This document shows positions 20,435 to 30,287 of a stretch of 64,000 nt of DNA, in pieces. A model generated the notes under the pieces. That model had not been told where the DNA came from, did not search any database, and was given only the letters and a program-made list of their open reading frames with translations. The stretch's first letter is position 1, and each line of letters opens with the position of its first letter. Origin of the DNA: Candidatus Latescibacterota bacterium (GTDB lineage: Bacteria; Latescibacterota; UBA2968; UBA8231); NCBI GenBank assembly GCA_964291625.2, contig OZ220089.1, forward strand, positions 2,112,001 to 2,176,000, in the 5' to 3' direction. A program made the translations under genes and the position numbers.

Positions 20435-21165
20435 TGAAGATCCAGAAGCTCTTCCAGAGGACCCGTTTCGGCATCTTCGCCCTCTTCGGGCTGATCGTCC
20501 TGTCCACCTCCGCCTTGTGCATATACACGGTGGACACCCAGCTGTCGAAGGAGTACGAGACCAACTGCAGGAACATCGCCAAGAGCATCGCCGACTCCAG
20601 CGTCGACATCCTTCTCAACAGGAACCTCGCGACCCTGCAATCGCTCATCGACCAGTTCGTCGAGATCCAGGGGATCCGCTACATCTACATCACCAGCGAG
20701 GAAGGCGAGTACCTGGCCCACACCTTCGTGCCCGGCATACCCGAGGAAGTCCTCGCCAGCGATCCCGCCAGCACCGAGCCCGTCCACCGCAGCATTCCGG
20801 GGATGGGCGATTTCATGGAAGTCGGCAGCCCGATCCTGGCCGGCGTCGGCGGGACCGTCCACGTGGGCATGGACCTCGACATCATCGGTCTCAAGATTCA
20901 GCGGGCCATCGGCCAGCAGGTGATCCTCATCAGCATCTTCCTCGTCGTCGGCGTCCTGGCCTCCATCTGGCTCGTCAACCTCGCCGCCAAGCCGCTGGGC
21001 TCGCTGCTCTCCTACGCAGTGGAGCTCTCCGGCGGCCAGGGCGAGGAAGGGGCCGCGAAGGAGGATCTCCTGGCGCGCGATGACGAGGTAGGGGACCTGG
21101 CCCGCCTCTTCCGCCACGTCTCGGGTCGATCCCCGGCCCCGGGCGAGCCGGAGAGCCGGCCCTAG
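20434..21165 (+). CDS. Two-TM sensor protein with a periplasmic domain and HAMP, but no output domain
   Basis: TM1, a periplasmic Cache-like segment, TM2, then HAMP 'KPLGSL...[11 protein letters not shown]', then the stop codon. Confidence 0.8.
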   Translation: MKIQKLFQRTRFGIFALFGLIVLSTSALCIYTVDTQLSKEYETNCRNIAKSIADSSVDILLNRNLATLQSLIDQFVEIQGIRYIYITSEEGEYLAHTFVPGIPEEVLASDPASTEPVHRSIPGMGDFMEVGSPILAGVGGTVHVGMDLDIIGLKIQRAIGQQVILISIFLVVGVLASIWLVNLAAKPLGSLLSYAVELSGGQGEEGAAKEDLLARDDEVGDLARLFRHVSGRSPAPGEPESRP

Positions 21166-21180
21166 GGGATCGGTTCCGCG

Positions 21181-22488
21181 ATGCGCATTCCGCGAAGCGC
21201 CATCGCCCTCTTCTGCACGATCCTGCAGGTCTGCTTCGGCACGGTCTACGCCTGGAGCTTCTTCCAGACGATGCTGGTGCGCCAGGTCGGCTGGACCCAT
21301 ACCGAGACGGCCTGGGCCTTCAGTATCGCCATCTTCACCCTGGGCGTGTCCGCCGCCTGGGCGGGCAACATGCTTCCCAAGGTCGGGCCGCGGTGGCTCG
21401 CCGTGGCCGGCAGCCTGTTGTTCTCGGTTGGATACCTGATCTCGGGGGCCGCCCTCCACCTGGATTCGGTGCCCCTCTTCTACCTGGGCTACGGGGTGGT
21501 GGGCGGGGCGGGCATCGGCCTCGGATACGTGACCCCGGTGGCGACGGTCGCCAAGTGGTTCCCCGACCGCAAGGGGCTGGCCACCGGCATCGTCGTCATG
21601 GGTTTCGGCGTGGGCGCCTTTCTCCTGAGCAAGGGGCTGGCTCCCTTCCTGATCATCCGCACGGCCGGAGCCCTGCCCCTGGTCTTCGTGTGGCTCGGCA
21701 TCGTCTTCGCCTGCATCCTGATTCCCAGCAGCCTGGCCCTCAGCGATCCTCCCGAGTCGGCCTTGCCCGCCGCCGCCTCGGAGGATGCCCCCGGATTCGG
21801 CGAGCCCGACTCCGCCGGCCCCTACCTGCGCACCACCCAGTTCGCCGTCATGTGGACTGTCTTCTTCTTCAACATCTCCGCCGGGATCTCCGTCATCAGC
21901 TTCCAGTCGGAGCTCCTCCAGGAGATCTGGGGCCTGGCGGACGCCACCATCGAGCCCACCACTCTGGCCGAGTACGGCGCCACCCTCATCGCCGTGAGCT
22001 CGATCTGCAACGGCTTGGGGCGCCTGTTCTGGGGACTGCTCTCCGACCGCTTCGGCCGGGTGGCGATCTTCCGGGTGATTCTCGCGAGTCAGATGGTGGT
22101 CTTCGGGATCCTCATGACCGAGACCAACCCCTGGATCTTCTCCATCCTCGTCTGTTACGTCCTGCTCTGCTTCGGGGGAGGCTTCGCCACCATGCCGCCC
22201 TTCGTCCTCGACGTCTTCGGCTCGAAGAAGATGTCCACCATCTACGGAGCGGTCCTCACGGCGTGGGCCGCCGCCGGGATCGCCGGACCGCTCTACGTGG
22301 GACACCTGAAGGACGTCTATCCGGACAGGGCGGTCATGTACTGCTTCCTCATCGGCATCCTCATGCTCGCCGCCGGGTACCTGTTCTCCTACCTGTTGAA
22401 CGACGGGCGGATCCGCCTCGGACGTCCGACGCTGGAGAGCACCCTCGACCGGTTCGGGATACCCGCGGCCGGCAAGGCCCCGGGATGA
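21181..22488 (+). CDS. MFS transporter, OFA (oxalate:formate antiporter-like) family
   Basis: 'GTVYAWS', '[20 protein letters not shown]', '[13 protein letters not shown]' and 'GGGF'. Confidence 0.9.
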   Translation: MRIPRSAIALFCTILQVCFGTVYAWSFFQTMLVRQVGWTHTETAWAFSIAIFTLGVSAAWAGNMLPKVGPRWLAVAGSLLFSVGYLISGAALHLDSVPLFYLGYGVVGGAGIGLGYVTPVATVAKWFPDRKGLATGIVVMGFGVGAFLLSKGLAPFLIIRTAGALPLVFVWLGIVFACILIPSSLALSDPPESALPAAASEDAPGFGEPDSAGPYLRTTQFAVMWTVFFFNISAGISVISFQSELLQEIWGLADATIEPTTLAEYGATLIAVSSICNGLGRLFWGLLSDRFGRVAIFRVILASQMVVFGILMTETNPWIFSILVCYVLLCFGGGFATMPPFVLDVFGSKKMSTIYGAVLTAWAAAGIAGPLYVGHLKDVYPDRAVMYCFLIGILMLAAGYLFSYLLNDGRIRLGRPTLESTLDRFGIPAAGKAPG

Positions 22489-23609
22489 CGCCGTCCTCGG
22501 CAAACGGCTCGAGAGGCAGCGACCTCGCCTACCAGGAGATGATCCTCCAGGGGGTCTCGCGGACCTTCGCCCTCACCATCCCGCAGCTTCCGGCGCCGCT
22601 GCGCGAGGTGGTGGGCAACGCCTACCTCCTGTGCCGCATCACGGACACCATCGAAGACGAGCCGGCCCTCTCGGCCCCGCAGAAGCAGGCGTTCTCGGAG
22701 CGCTTCGTGGAGGTCGTCGCCGGCCGCCAGGGGGCGGAGCCCTTCGCCCGTGACCTCGGGTCCCTGCTGTCCTCCTCGACGACCGAGAGCGAGCGCGACC
22801 TGGTGGCCAACACCGCCCGGGTCATCCGCCTCACCCGCGGCTTCCGCCCGGCCCAGCGGTCCGCCCTCGAGCGTTGCGTGAGGATCATGTCCCGGGGGAT
22901 GTCCGAGTTCCAGCAGCAGGCGACGGTGGACGGCCTGGACGATCTTCCACACCTCGACCGCTATTGCTACCACGTGGCCGGCGTCGTGGGCGAGATGCTC
23001 ACCGAGCTGTTCTGCGACTACTCACCGGAAATCGCCAGACGGCGTCAGGACCTGCTCGCCCTCTCCGTCTCCTTCGGGCAGGGGCTGCAGATGACCAACA
23101 TCCTCAAGGACATGTGGGACGACCGCCGCCGCGGCGCCTGCTGGCTGCCGCGCGACATCTTCCTCGAGGCCGGCTCCGAGATTCGCTCCCTCCCCGCCGG
23201 GCGCGGCGACCCCGCCTTCATCGACGGGCTCCTGGAGCTGGTGGCCATCGCCCATTGGCACCTGGAGAAGGCCTTGCGCTACATCCTGATCATCCCCGCC
23301 CGCGAGGCCGGCATCCGCCGCCACTGTCTGTGGGCCCTGGGAATGGCCGTGCTCACCCTGCGCCGCATTCACGCCACCCCGGCCTTCAAGGACGGACAGG
23401 AAGTGAAGATCTCCCGCCGCAGCGTGCGGGCCGTCACCTTGGTCACCAGCACCCTGGTGCGCTCCAACCTGGCCTTGAAGTTCCTCTTCAAGGCCCTCAC
23501 TCGAGGGCTTCCCCGCGCCGATGGGGGAGGGCGCCTCCAGCCGCCGCTTTCGCCACCGGACCCGAAGGCGGTAGGGCACCAGGACATGAAGAAGGTTCCG
23601 GACCGGTAG
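22485..23609 (+). CDS. Squalene/phytoene synthase family protein (squalene-synthase-like)
   Basis: 'VSRTFAL', '[12 protein letters not shown]', '[10 protein letters not shown]' and '[10 protein letters not shown]'. ATGA overlap with the MFS gene. Confidence 0.9.
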   Translation: MTPSSANGSRGSDLAYQEMILQGVSRTFALTIPQLPAPLREVVGNAYLLCRITDTIEDEPALSAPQKQAFSERFVEVVAGRQGAEPFARDLGSLLSSSTTESERDLVANTARVIRLTRGFRPAQRSALERCVRIMSRGMSEFQQQATVDGLDDLPHLDRYCYHVAGVVGEMLTELFCDYSPEIARRRQDLLALSVSFGQGLQMTNILKDMWDDRRRGACWLPRDIFLEAGSEIRSLPAGRGDPAFIDGLLELVAIAHWHLEKALRYILIIPAREAGIRRHCLWALGMAVLTLRRIHATPAFKDGQEVKISRRSVRAVTLVTSTLVRSNLALKFLFKALTRGLPRADGGGRLQPPLSPPDPKAVGHQDMKKVPDR

Positions 23610-23625
23610 CCAGGAGAAACAGTCG

Positions 23626-24570
23626 ATGCGAGTCATTCTGGCCCAGCCCCGCGGATTCTGCGCCGGCGTCGAACGAGCCATCGAGATCGTCGAGGCGGCG
23701 CTGGAACAGCATGGACCACCCATCTACGTACGTCACGAGATCGTCCACAATCCGCGGGTCGTGGAGAACCTGAGAGCCCGGGGCGTACGGTTCGTGGAAC
23801 AGATCGATCAGGTCCCCGAGGGCGCCATTGCGGTCTTCAGCGCCCACGGCGTGTCCAGGAAGGTCGAGGAGGCTGCCTCCACGCGGAACCTGCGTTCCCT
23901 CGATGCGACCTGCCCCCTGGTCTCCAAGGTGCACAAGGAAGGCCGGCGCTACTCTGCCAGGGGATACGACATCATCCTCATCGGCCACGAGAACCATCCC
24001 GAGGTCGAAGGCACGGTGGGTCAGATCCCGGGGCCGGTCCACCTGGTGAGCGACGTGGAAGGGGCGGCGGCGCTGAAGGTGCGGGATCCTCGAAAGGTCG
24101 CCTACATCACCCAGACGACCCTGTCGGTCGACGATACGCGGGAGGTGATCTCGGCCCTGCGGCAACGGTTCCCCGAGATCGTCGGACCGGACGTGAAGGA
24201 CATCTGTTACGCCACCCAGAACCGCCAGGCCGCCGTGCGCGCCCTCGCCGCCCAGGTGGACCTGTTGCTGGTGGTGGGCGCCGAGAACAGCTCCAACTCG
24301 AACCGCTTGTGCGAGGTCGCCAACGACTGCGGCGTGCCCAGCTATCTCCTCGAGGACCCTTCGAGGCTCGATCCCGACTGGCTGGTGGGAGTCGAGAGCA
24401 TCGGCGTCACCGCCGGCGCCTCCACGCCCGAGGAACTGGTGAGCGAGTTGATCGAGAGGTTGCGGGAGCACGCCGACCTCGAGCTCTCCACCATGGACGG
24501 CATCGAGGAGAACGTGCGTTTCAGCCTGCCGGACATCCTGGATCCCGCCGCCGCCCCCGCCTCCGACTGA
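23626..24570 (+). CDS. ispH: 4-hydroxy-3-methylbut-2-enyl diphosphate reductase
   Basis: 'PRGFCAGV', 'IVHN', 'SAHG', 'DATCPLV', 'ICYATQNRQ', 'SSNS' and 'AGASTP'. Confidence 0.97.
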   Translation: MRVILAQPRGFCAGVERAIEIVEAALEQHGPPIYVRHEIVHNPRVVENLRARGVRFVEQIDQVPEGAIAVFSAHGVSRKVEEAASTRNLRSLDATCPLVSKVHKEGRRYSARGYDIILIGHENHPEVEGTVGQIPGPVHLVSDVEGAAALKVRDPRKVAYITQTTLSVDDTREVISALRQRFPEIVGPDVKDICYATQNRQAAVRALAAQVDLLLVVGAENSSNSNRLCEVANDCGVPSYLLEDPSRLDPDWLVGVESIGVTAGASTPEELVSELIERLREHADLELSTMDGIEENVRFSLPDILDPAAAPASD

Positions 24571-24594
24571 CGGGAGCGGAGCTCCGCCGCCAGC

Positions 24595-25866
24595 CTACAG
24601 ATTCCAGCTCAGCCCCAGATCGACGAAGCTGTCGCGGCGCGTCGGGTAGTGGAGATCCGCCGCGTCGATGGCGATGAGATCGATCGCCTCCAGGCGCAGG
24701 GACCAGCGGCCGGAAACCCGCCGGTTGAGCTCGATGGCGAGGGTTCGCGTGGATCGTCCGAGGTCCATCAGCAGGCCGCCGAGAATCTCCGTGCTCTGAA
24801 CATCATTGAGGGCGAAACGTCCGCCGAGGAAGAGGTCGTTCTCCAGGGTATTCGGGGAGCGTCCCGGCGTGGCCCTGGGCCCCCGTCCATCGTAGCTCCA
24901 CTCGCCGAGCAGACCTGCATCGGCCGTGGAGCCGAGCACCGAGTAGAGCGTGTACTCCGCGCCCAGGACCGAGGCGGCGTAGTCCTCGTCCCGGCCGAGG
25001 CGGTTGCGGGCTCCGGCGCGGTGAATGGCCTCGAGCTTGATCAGCCACGAACCGGTCGTCAGTTGAAGGTCCAACCCGGCCTGGCGGATCTGCTCGTAGC
25101 GCTGGATGAGGGTGGGCCCGCCTTCCGGCTCCGCGCCCAGGAGGAAGAAGGGCTCCCGGCTGGTGCCCCTGAACAGGCTCAGGCCGATGTCGGCGGGGCC
25201 GACGCCATGACTGTAGCGGGCGGCCAGATCCAGGTGCCGCGCCCCGGCCTCGCTCTCGTACTCGACCCGGCTCTCGTTCACCACGAGAGGCAGGCGCAGC
25301 CGGCCCGAGGGCCCCGGAAAGGTCCGGGCCCGGTGATAGGGAAGGCCGAAGACCTCCACGGCGCCCCAGTCCCCGGACCAGGTGAGGTGGGCCATCGGCT
25401 GCCCCAGCTTGACCTCGCCGTCGGGATGCTCGACGAAGTCGACCTGGTTGATGATATCGACCAGGTGCTGGGACTCCGCGACGCCCCAGAAGACCTGGTC
25501 CAGGCCCGCCCGCAGCTCCCACTCCCCGTCGCCGACGGCCCCGAAGAGCAGCAGCGCCGCCTCCCGCAGGTCGGCATGGGTGCGGCGGGGGTCGGCCGAG
25601 TCGTAGCGGAAGAACGGTGCCACGCTGAGGCTCCGGCCCTCGGGGTCCGAGAAGTAGAGCCGCGGGGCCGCGGCAAACCCGCTCGCGTGGCGGCCCTGGT
25701 CCGCATGGGCCGGGCTCTCCCGAAACCAGCGCGTCTCGACGCGGGCGCTCCCGGAGAACCGGTGCTCCAGCCAGGGGGCGGCGCCCGCGGCCCCGGCGAG
25801 AGCGGAGACCAGGATCCAGACCGCCGGGGGCAGCGCGGGGTACGGACCGCCCCGAAGCCTCATCAA
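24595..25866 (-). CDS. Predicted outer-membrane beta-barrel protein
   Basis: Signal peptide, 'WG..E....DIINQ' motif, amphipathic strands and aromatic C-terminus. It lies downstream of the MMPL and LolA-like genes. Confidence 0.7.
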   Translation of the reverse strand: MMRLRGGPYPALPPAVWILVSALAGAAGAAPWLEHRFSGSARVETRWFRESPAHADQGRHASGFAAAPRLYFSDPEGRSLSVAPFFRYDSADPRRTHADLREAALLLFGAVGDGEWELRAGLDQVFWGVAESQHLVDIINQVDFVEHPDGEVKLGQPMAHLTWSGDWGAVEVFGLPYHRARTFPGPSGRLRLPLVVNESRVEYESEAGARHLDLAARYSHGVGPADIGLSLFRGTSREPFFLLGAEPEGGPTLIQRYEQIRQAGLDLQLTTGSWLIKLEAIHRAGARNRLGRDEDYAASVLGAEYTLYSVLGSTADAGLLGEWSYDGRGPRATPGRSPNTLENDLFLGGRFALNDVQSTEILGGLLMDLGRSTRTLAIELNRRVSGRWSLRLEAIDLIAIDAADLHYPTRRDSFVDLGLSWNL

Positions 25867-26684
25867 CGGGCGCGTCTCAGCCCGGTCCGGGTGAAGTCGC
25901 GCGCGTCCAGATCGGTACCGAACCGGTAGTCGGTCCAGGTCAGGACGGTGCTCTTGCCGGTGAGATGGTTCTCCATCGTCATCTCGCCCGCCCGCCAGTA
26001 GCGCTCCAGGTAGCGCTGGTAGTCATCGAGGGTGAGCGTCTTCAGGTGGGCGTCCTTGCGGTCGTAGTACTCGACCCTCCACACCCGGAGCTCCTCCTTG
26101 TCGCGCCAGACCACCTGCCGGCTGTACCCCGACTTCCTGTCCACGGGGAACCGCTCCGTCACCGTGCAGGTCGACGGGCCGCAGGGTTCGTCCCGCAGGT
26201 ATCGGTAGGTGAACTTCTCCACCGCCTGGGGGGTCAGGTCTTCATAGGCGAACTCGCTGCCCATGAAGGAGCCCGACCGGTTCGACGAGCTGATGCGCTT
26301 GACGCGCTTCAGGGCGGGGAGATACAGCCACTGATCGTCCGAGTCCTCCTTGTTCGCATGGATGAGCAGGGCCGTGCCCTCCACGTCGGGAGGGTCGTCG
26401 AAGACGAAGAGGCTCTTGTCGCCCTCCCCCGGGACCTCGAGAACCCTCACGCGCAGCTGCCGGCGGCTCTCCTGCCCCTGCTTGTTGCGCAGCACCATGA
26501 CCTGCCGGGCGGTGAAGCTGCCGAAGCCCTCCTCCAGGGACTCGGCGTCCCTGGCGATCCGGAGTCCCGCCGCCTCGGCGGGGGATCCCCGCGAAGGAGC
26601 GGGAGACGGGACTTCCAGGAGAGCCCACGCCATGGCGGCCATGAAGAGGAGGCGGAGCGGGGTCCGCACCCGGGGCAGGGGCAT
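25863..26684 (-). CDS. Outer-membrane lipoprotein-sorting (LolA-like) protein
   Basis: 'DVEGTALL', 'DDQWLYLPALKRVKRI' and 'SFMGSEFAYED'. This is the C-terminal part of ORF 25863..28688. Confidence 0.88.
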   Translation of the reverse strand: MPLPRVRTPLRLLFMAAMAWALLEVPSPAPSRGSPAEAAGLRIARDAESLEEGFGSFTARQVMVLRNKQGQESRRQLRVRVLEVPGEGDKSLFVFDDPPDVEGTALLIHANKEDSDDQWLYLPALKRVKRISSSNRSGSFMGSEFAYEDLTPQAVEKFTYRYLRDEPCGPSTCTVTERFPVDRKSGYSRQVVWRDKEELRVWRVEYYDRKDAHLKTLTLDDYQRYLERYWRAGEMTMENHLTGKSTVLTWTDYRFGTDLDARDFTRTGLRRAR

Positions 26685-26686
26685 GG

Positions 26687-28981
26687 TCAGTTCCTCCGGT
26701 CGATGGCGATCAGCAATGTGGGCAGCAGCAGGAAATCGGCGATCAGGGCGAAGAGGATCGTCGTGGTGACGAGCAGACCGAGAGCCCAGCTCACCTCGAA
26801 GCCGGAGGTGGCGAAGACCAGGAAACCGGCCGACAGCACCGCCGTGGTCGTCCACAGGGCATGGCCCACCGTATTGAAGGCGGAGCGCACCGCCTCGGGT
26901 GCCGCGAGGCCCTCCCGCCGCGCCTTCAGATACTTGCTCAGGAAGTGAACCGTGTCGTCCACCACGATCCCGAAGACGACGGCGATCACCACCGAGGAAG
27001 CGATGCCCACGTGGCCCACGAGGTAGCCCCACAGGCCGAAGCTCATGATGGCCGGTACGAAGTTGGGGAGAAGGCTCAGGAGACCGACCCGGACGCTCCT
27101 GAAGATCCATATGAGGATGAAGGAGATGAGGGCCATGGCCACGATCGTCCCCCGGAGCATGCTGTGGATGTTCCGCAGGGACAGATGGGCGAAGACGACG
27201 CTCAGTCCGGACGCCGGCTGGGAGAATTCGGGCGCCTTCGCCGCGAGCCAGTCCCGGGCCCGCTGGTCCAGCTCGCGCAGGTCCCGGGACCAGGCGTTCC
27301 GCGTCACCACCACCATGCGAGTAGCCGACTTGGCCACGTCGATGCGATCGTTGAGGTCGCTCCCGAAGGGAAGGGAAAGCTCGTAGAGCAACAGGTACTG
27401 GGCCGCCAGGTCCGGGTCTTCGGGCAGGCGATGGTACGCCGGATCGTCGCCGTGCATGTTCTTGTTCAGACGCTTCATGATGTCCGGGAAGGCCTGCACG
27501 TGGGTGACCTCGGGCTGCTGGCGGAACCACTCGGCGAAGGCCTCCACCTTGCGCAGGTACTCGGGCCGCGTGATGCCCCCTTCGCTCCCCGAGTCGAGGG
27601 AGTACTCCAGCTTGTCCACCCCCGTCAGGTGGTCGACGATGTAGTCCGTGTGGCGCCGGAACTCGTAGCGGTCGTCGAAGTACCGGGCCATGTTGTCGCT
27701 GAGCTCGATGCGCGGTATGCCGATGATCAGGACCACGATCACCAGGGAGAGGGATGCGAGGAGGGGCCTGCGCCGGGCGATGACGAAATCCGCCAGCTGG
27801 TCGAAGAACGCCGGTTTCCCTCGCTGAGGGGGAGCGGCACGGGCGCGCAACGGCAGCAGGGAGAGGAGGGCGGGCAGGAGGGTCATGGTGTAGAGGAAGG
27901 CGCAGAGCACGCCGAAGGCCACGTAGTTGCCGAGGACGCGGAAGGGCGGCGAGTCCGAGGCGTTCAGACTGAGGAAGCCGATGGCCGTGGTCACCGAGGT
28001 GATGAGGACGGGATAGGCGTTGATGCGTACCGCCTCGACGATGGCCGCGCGCCTTTCCAGGCCGCGGCGCAGGCCCAGCAGGACGCTGCTGACGATGTGG
28101 ATCGAATCGGCGATGGCGATGACCATGACGATGATCGGTATGCCGGCGTTCGTGGGGCTGAAGACGACCCCCCTCCAGCCCGCCAGGCCCACGGTGGAGT
28201 TGACGACGAATATCAGCATCGCCACGATCGCCGCGGCGCCCGAAAAGGAGCGCAGGATCACCACCGTGAGGCCCACGATGATGACGAGGACGATCGGAGT
28301 CAGGCGCTCCAGATCGTCGCGGGTGGCATCGGCGAAGGCCCGGTTCATGACGACGTCGCCCGTCAGGTAACAGTCGATGTCCGGATGGTCCGCCCGGGCC
28401 TGCTCCAGTTCCGAACGGAGGAAGTCGGTGATCTCCACGACGGCCTGATCGTGCTCTTCGGGCAGGACGAAGTCGATCGCCACGCCGGCCGTGCGTCCGT
28501 CCCGGGATACCAGGCGGCCGGCGATGTCGGCGGCGCCGAGGGCGATGCTCTCCACGCGCCGCAGGTCGCTGTCGCTCAGGGACTGGGCGTCCTCGACGAG
28601 GGGGCCCACCACCAGGTCGTCCTCGATGCCTTCGCTGTGGGTGTAGTTGGTGAGAGAGTTGACCCGGCCGGAGTAGGGAGTGCGCCACCCGGCCTCGGTC
28701 AACTCCTCAATGGCGCCGAGGACCTCGCGGCTGAAGACCGTGCCCTCCCGGGGCGTTACGGCGATCAGCGCCTGGTTGGAGACGGAGTAGGTGTTCTGCA
28801 GGGCGTCGAATGCGGCCAGCTGCGGGTTGTCCTCGCCCAGGAGGATGCGGTAGTCGTTGGTAACGGTGATGAAACGTGCCCCCGCCGCCAGGGCCAGCAT
28901 CGCCACCGAGGCGAGGAGGACGACGGGCCACCGGTAGGCGAGGACAGCGGCGGTGTAGCGGTCCAGTCGCGCTCCCGCCAT
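26687..28981 (-). CDS. MMPL/RND family lipid transporter
   Basis: Two repeats of TM, periplasmic domain and five TMs. 'IADSIH', 'GIVVDDTVHF' and 'TSVTTAIGF'. Confidence 0.92.
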   Translation of the reverse strand: MAGARLDRYTAAVLAYRWPVVLLASVAMLALAAGARFITVTNDYRILLGEDNPQLAAFDALQNTYSVSNQALIAVTPREGTVFSREVLGAIEELTEAGWRTPYSGRVNSLTNYTHSEGIEDDLVVGPLVEDAQSLSDSDLRRVESIALGAADIAGRLVSRDGRTAGVAIDFVLPEEHDQAVVEITDFLRSELEQARADHPDIDCYLTGDVVMNRAFADATRDDLERLTPIVLVIIVGLTVVILRSFSGAAAIVAMLIFVVNSTVGLAGWRGVVFSPTNAGIPIIVMVIAIADSIHIVSSVLLGLRRGLERRAAIVEAVRINAYPVLITSVTTAIGFLSLNASDSPPFRVLGNYVAFGVLCAFLYTMTLLPALLSLLPLRARAAPPQRGKPAFFDQLADFVIARRRPLLASLSLVIVVLIIGIPRIELSDNMARYFDDRYEFRRHTDYIVDHLTGVDKLEYSLDSGSEGGITRPEYLRKVEAFAEWFRQQPEVTHVQAFPDIMKRLNKNMHGDDPAYHRLPEDPDLAAQYLLLYELSLPFGSDLNDRIDVAKSATRMVVVTRNAWSRDLRELDQRARDWLAAKAPEFSQPASGLSVVFAHLSLRNIHSMLRGTIVAMALISFILIWIFRSVRVGLLSLLPNFVPAIMSFGLWGYLVGHVGIASSVVIAVVFGIVVDDTVHFLSKYLKARREGLAAPEAVRSAFNTVGHALWTTTAVLSAGFLVFATSGFEVSWALGLLVTTTILFALIADFLLLPTLLIAIDRRN

Positions 28982-28984
28982 CTC

Positions 28985-30169
28985 TCACCAGGGGCTCGAC
29001 TTCGAGGCCCGTACGTGGTCGGGCATCCTGTAGCTCATGCCGGCCTCCTGGGACTCGTCGTACGCCGAGATCTCGAGGAGCTGGCAGAAGTTCTCCGACC
29101 TGAGCAGCTCCTTGCTTCTCACCAGGGCCCGGAATCGCTGTTTCATCCGGTAGGCGAAGAGGGCCCCGAAGGTCCTGATCCTCGGGAACTGCAGCTGGTC
29201 GGCCATCTCGTTGCCGATCAGCGCCCGCGAGAGAGTGTAGGCGAGCTTGATCACGGCTTCCTGTTCGTCCGGGTCGGATATCCCCGCGGTCAGGGGAATC
29301 GCCCCGACCAGCGCGTTCGCCATGGTGGCCGAGTCCTGATCGGGAGCCGGCTCGCACATGTGGGCGACCTTGAAGATCTCCTTCGCATCCGCCTTGTCGA
29401 TGAAGAGCATCTCTTCGGGGACACCCATGACGTGGCCGGTATAGCGCCAGATGTCCATGACGCTCTCCTGCTCCTCCTGGTCGAAGGTGGCGCCCACGGC
29501 GGCGGCGTGTTGCAGGAGCCGCATGGAGAAGACGGTCGTGGCCAGACCCAGGTGGGCCGCGTGCAACGGGGTGCCGTAGACCTCCTGGTCCCAGTCGTCG
29601 GAGTTCGCCAGCAGGTGCCTCACCCGGGCGTGGACGAAGCGCAGGCGCATGGACAGCTTCCAGCCGTCGCCGTTCCGCCGCAGGCCGCCGGGAAAGAACA
29701 CCTCCAGCAGGTGCCGGTTGTTCTGCATGAGGCGCCTTCTCGCCGTCGAGCGGTTGAGCACGCGCCCGGTGGTGGCGAAGGACTTGGCGATGAGCGTCGA
29801 GAACCCCTCGATCAGCACCCCCGTGACAAAGGCGACCAGCACCCGGGTGGCGTTCAGGTGGAAGGCGCGGACCCCGGGCCTGAAGGCATCGTAGTCGAAC
29901 CAGGGCGGGTTCTCGGAGTCGACGCGGTCGAAGAACTCGCGCATGACCCGCGGCGCGGTGCTCAGGCCTTCGCTGTCCTGGTCTATGCCGGCCTTGATGA
30001 AGCGGTGCAGGTCGGGAGGCGGCAGGGAGGCCAGCTCCTCCATCACCGGGTCCAGCGGAGGATCGCCGATGTGGGTGTGGCGGATGTAGTTGTCGGCCCT
30101 CTCGGCGTCGTGCCGACGGGCATTGGCGTACCCCTCGATGTACGCCGAGGGCGGTGATGGCGTCGTCAT
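28985..30169 (-). CDS. MpaB/latex-clearing-protein-like heme oxygenase (DUF2236 family)
   Basis: 'GDPPLD', 'TG.......RRL', 'RLRFVHARVRH', 'YGTPL' and 'WRYTGHVMGV'. Confidence 0.8.
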   Translation of the reverse strand: MTTPSPPSAYIEGYANARRHDAERADNYIRHTHIGDPPLDPVMEELASLPPPDLHRFIKAGIDQDSEGLSTAPRVMREFFDRVDSENPPWFDYDAFRPGVRAFHLNATRVLVAFVTGVLIEGFSTLIAKSFATTGRVLNRSTARRRLMQNNRHLLEVFFPGGLRRNGDGWKLSMRLRFVHARVRHLLANSDDWDQEVYGTPLHAAHLGLATTVFSMRLLQHAAAVGATFDQEEQESVMDIWRYTGHVMGVPEEMLFIDKADAKEIFKVAHMCEPAPDQDSATMANALVGAIPLTAGISDPDEQEAVIKLAYTLSRALIGNEMADQLQFPRIRTFGALFAYRMKQRFRALVRSKELLRSENFCQLLEISAYDESQEAGMSYRMPDHVRASKSSPW

Positions 30170-30287
30170 GTCGAGAGGAGCGTCAGCCGTCCGGGGGTCA
30201 TGGGCCTGGCGGCCAGGGAGGTCCGCTCGAAAGGTAAGGCTCGGCTGGAGTCAGTGGCAAAGCGCGGGGCCGCCAGCGGGACCCCCG

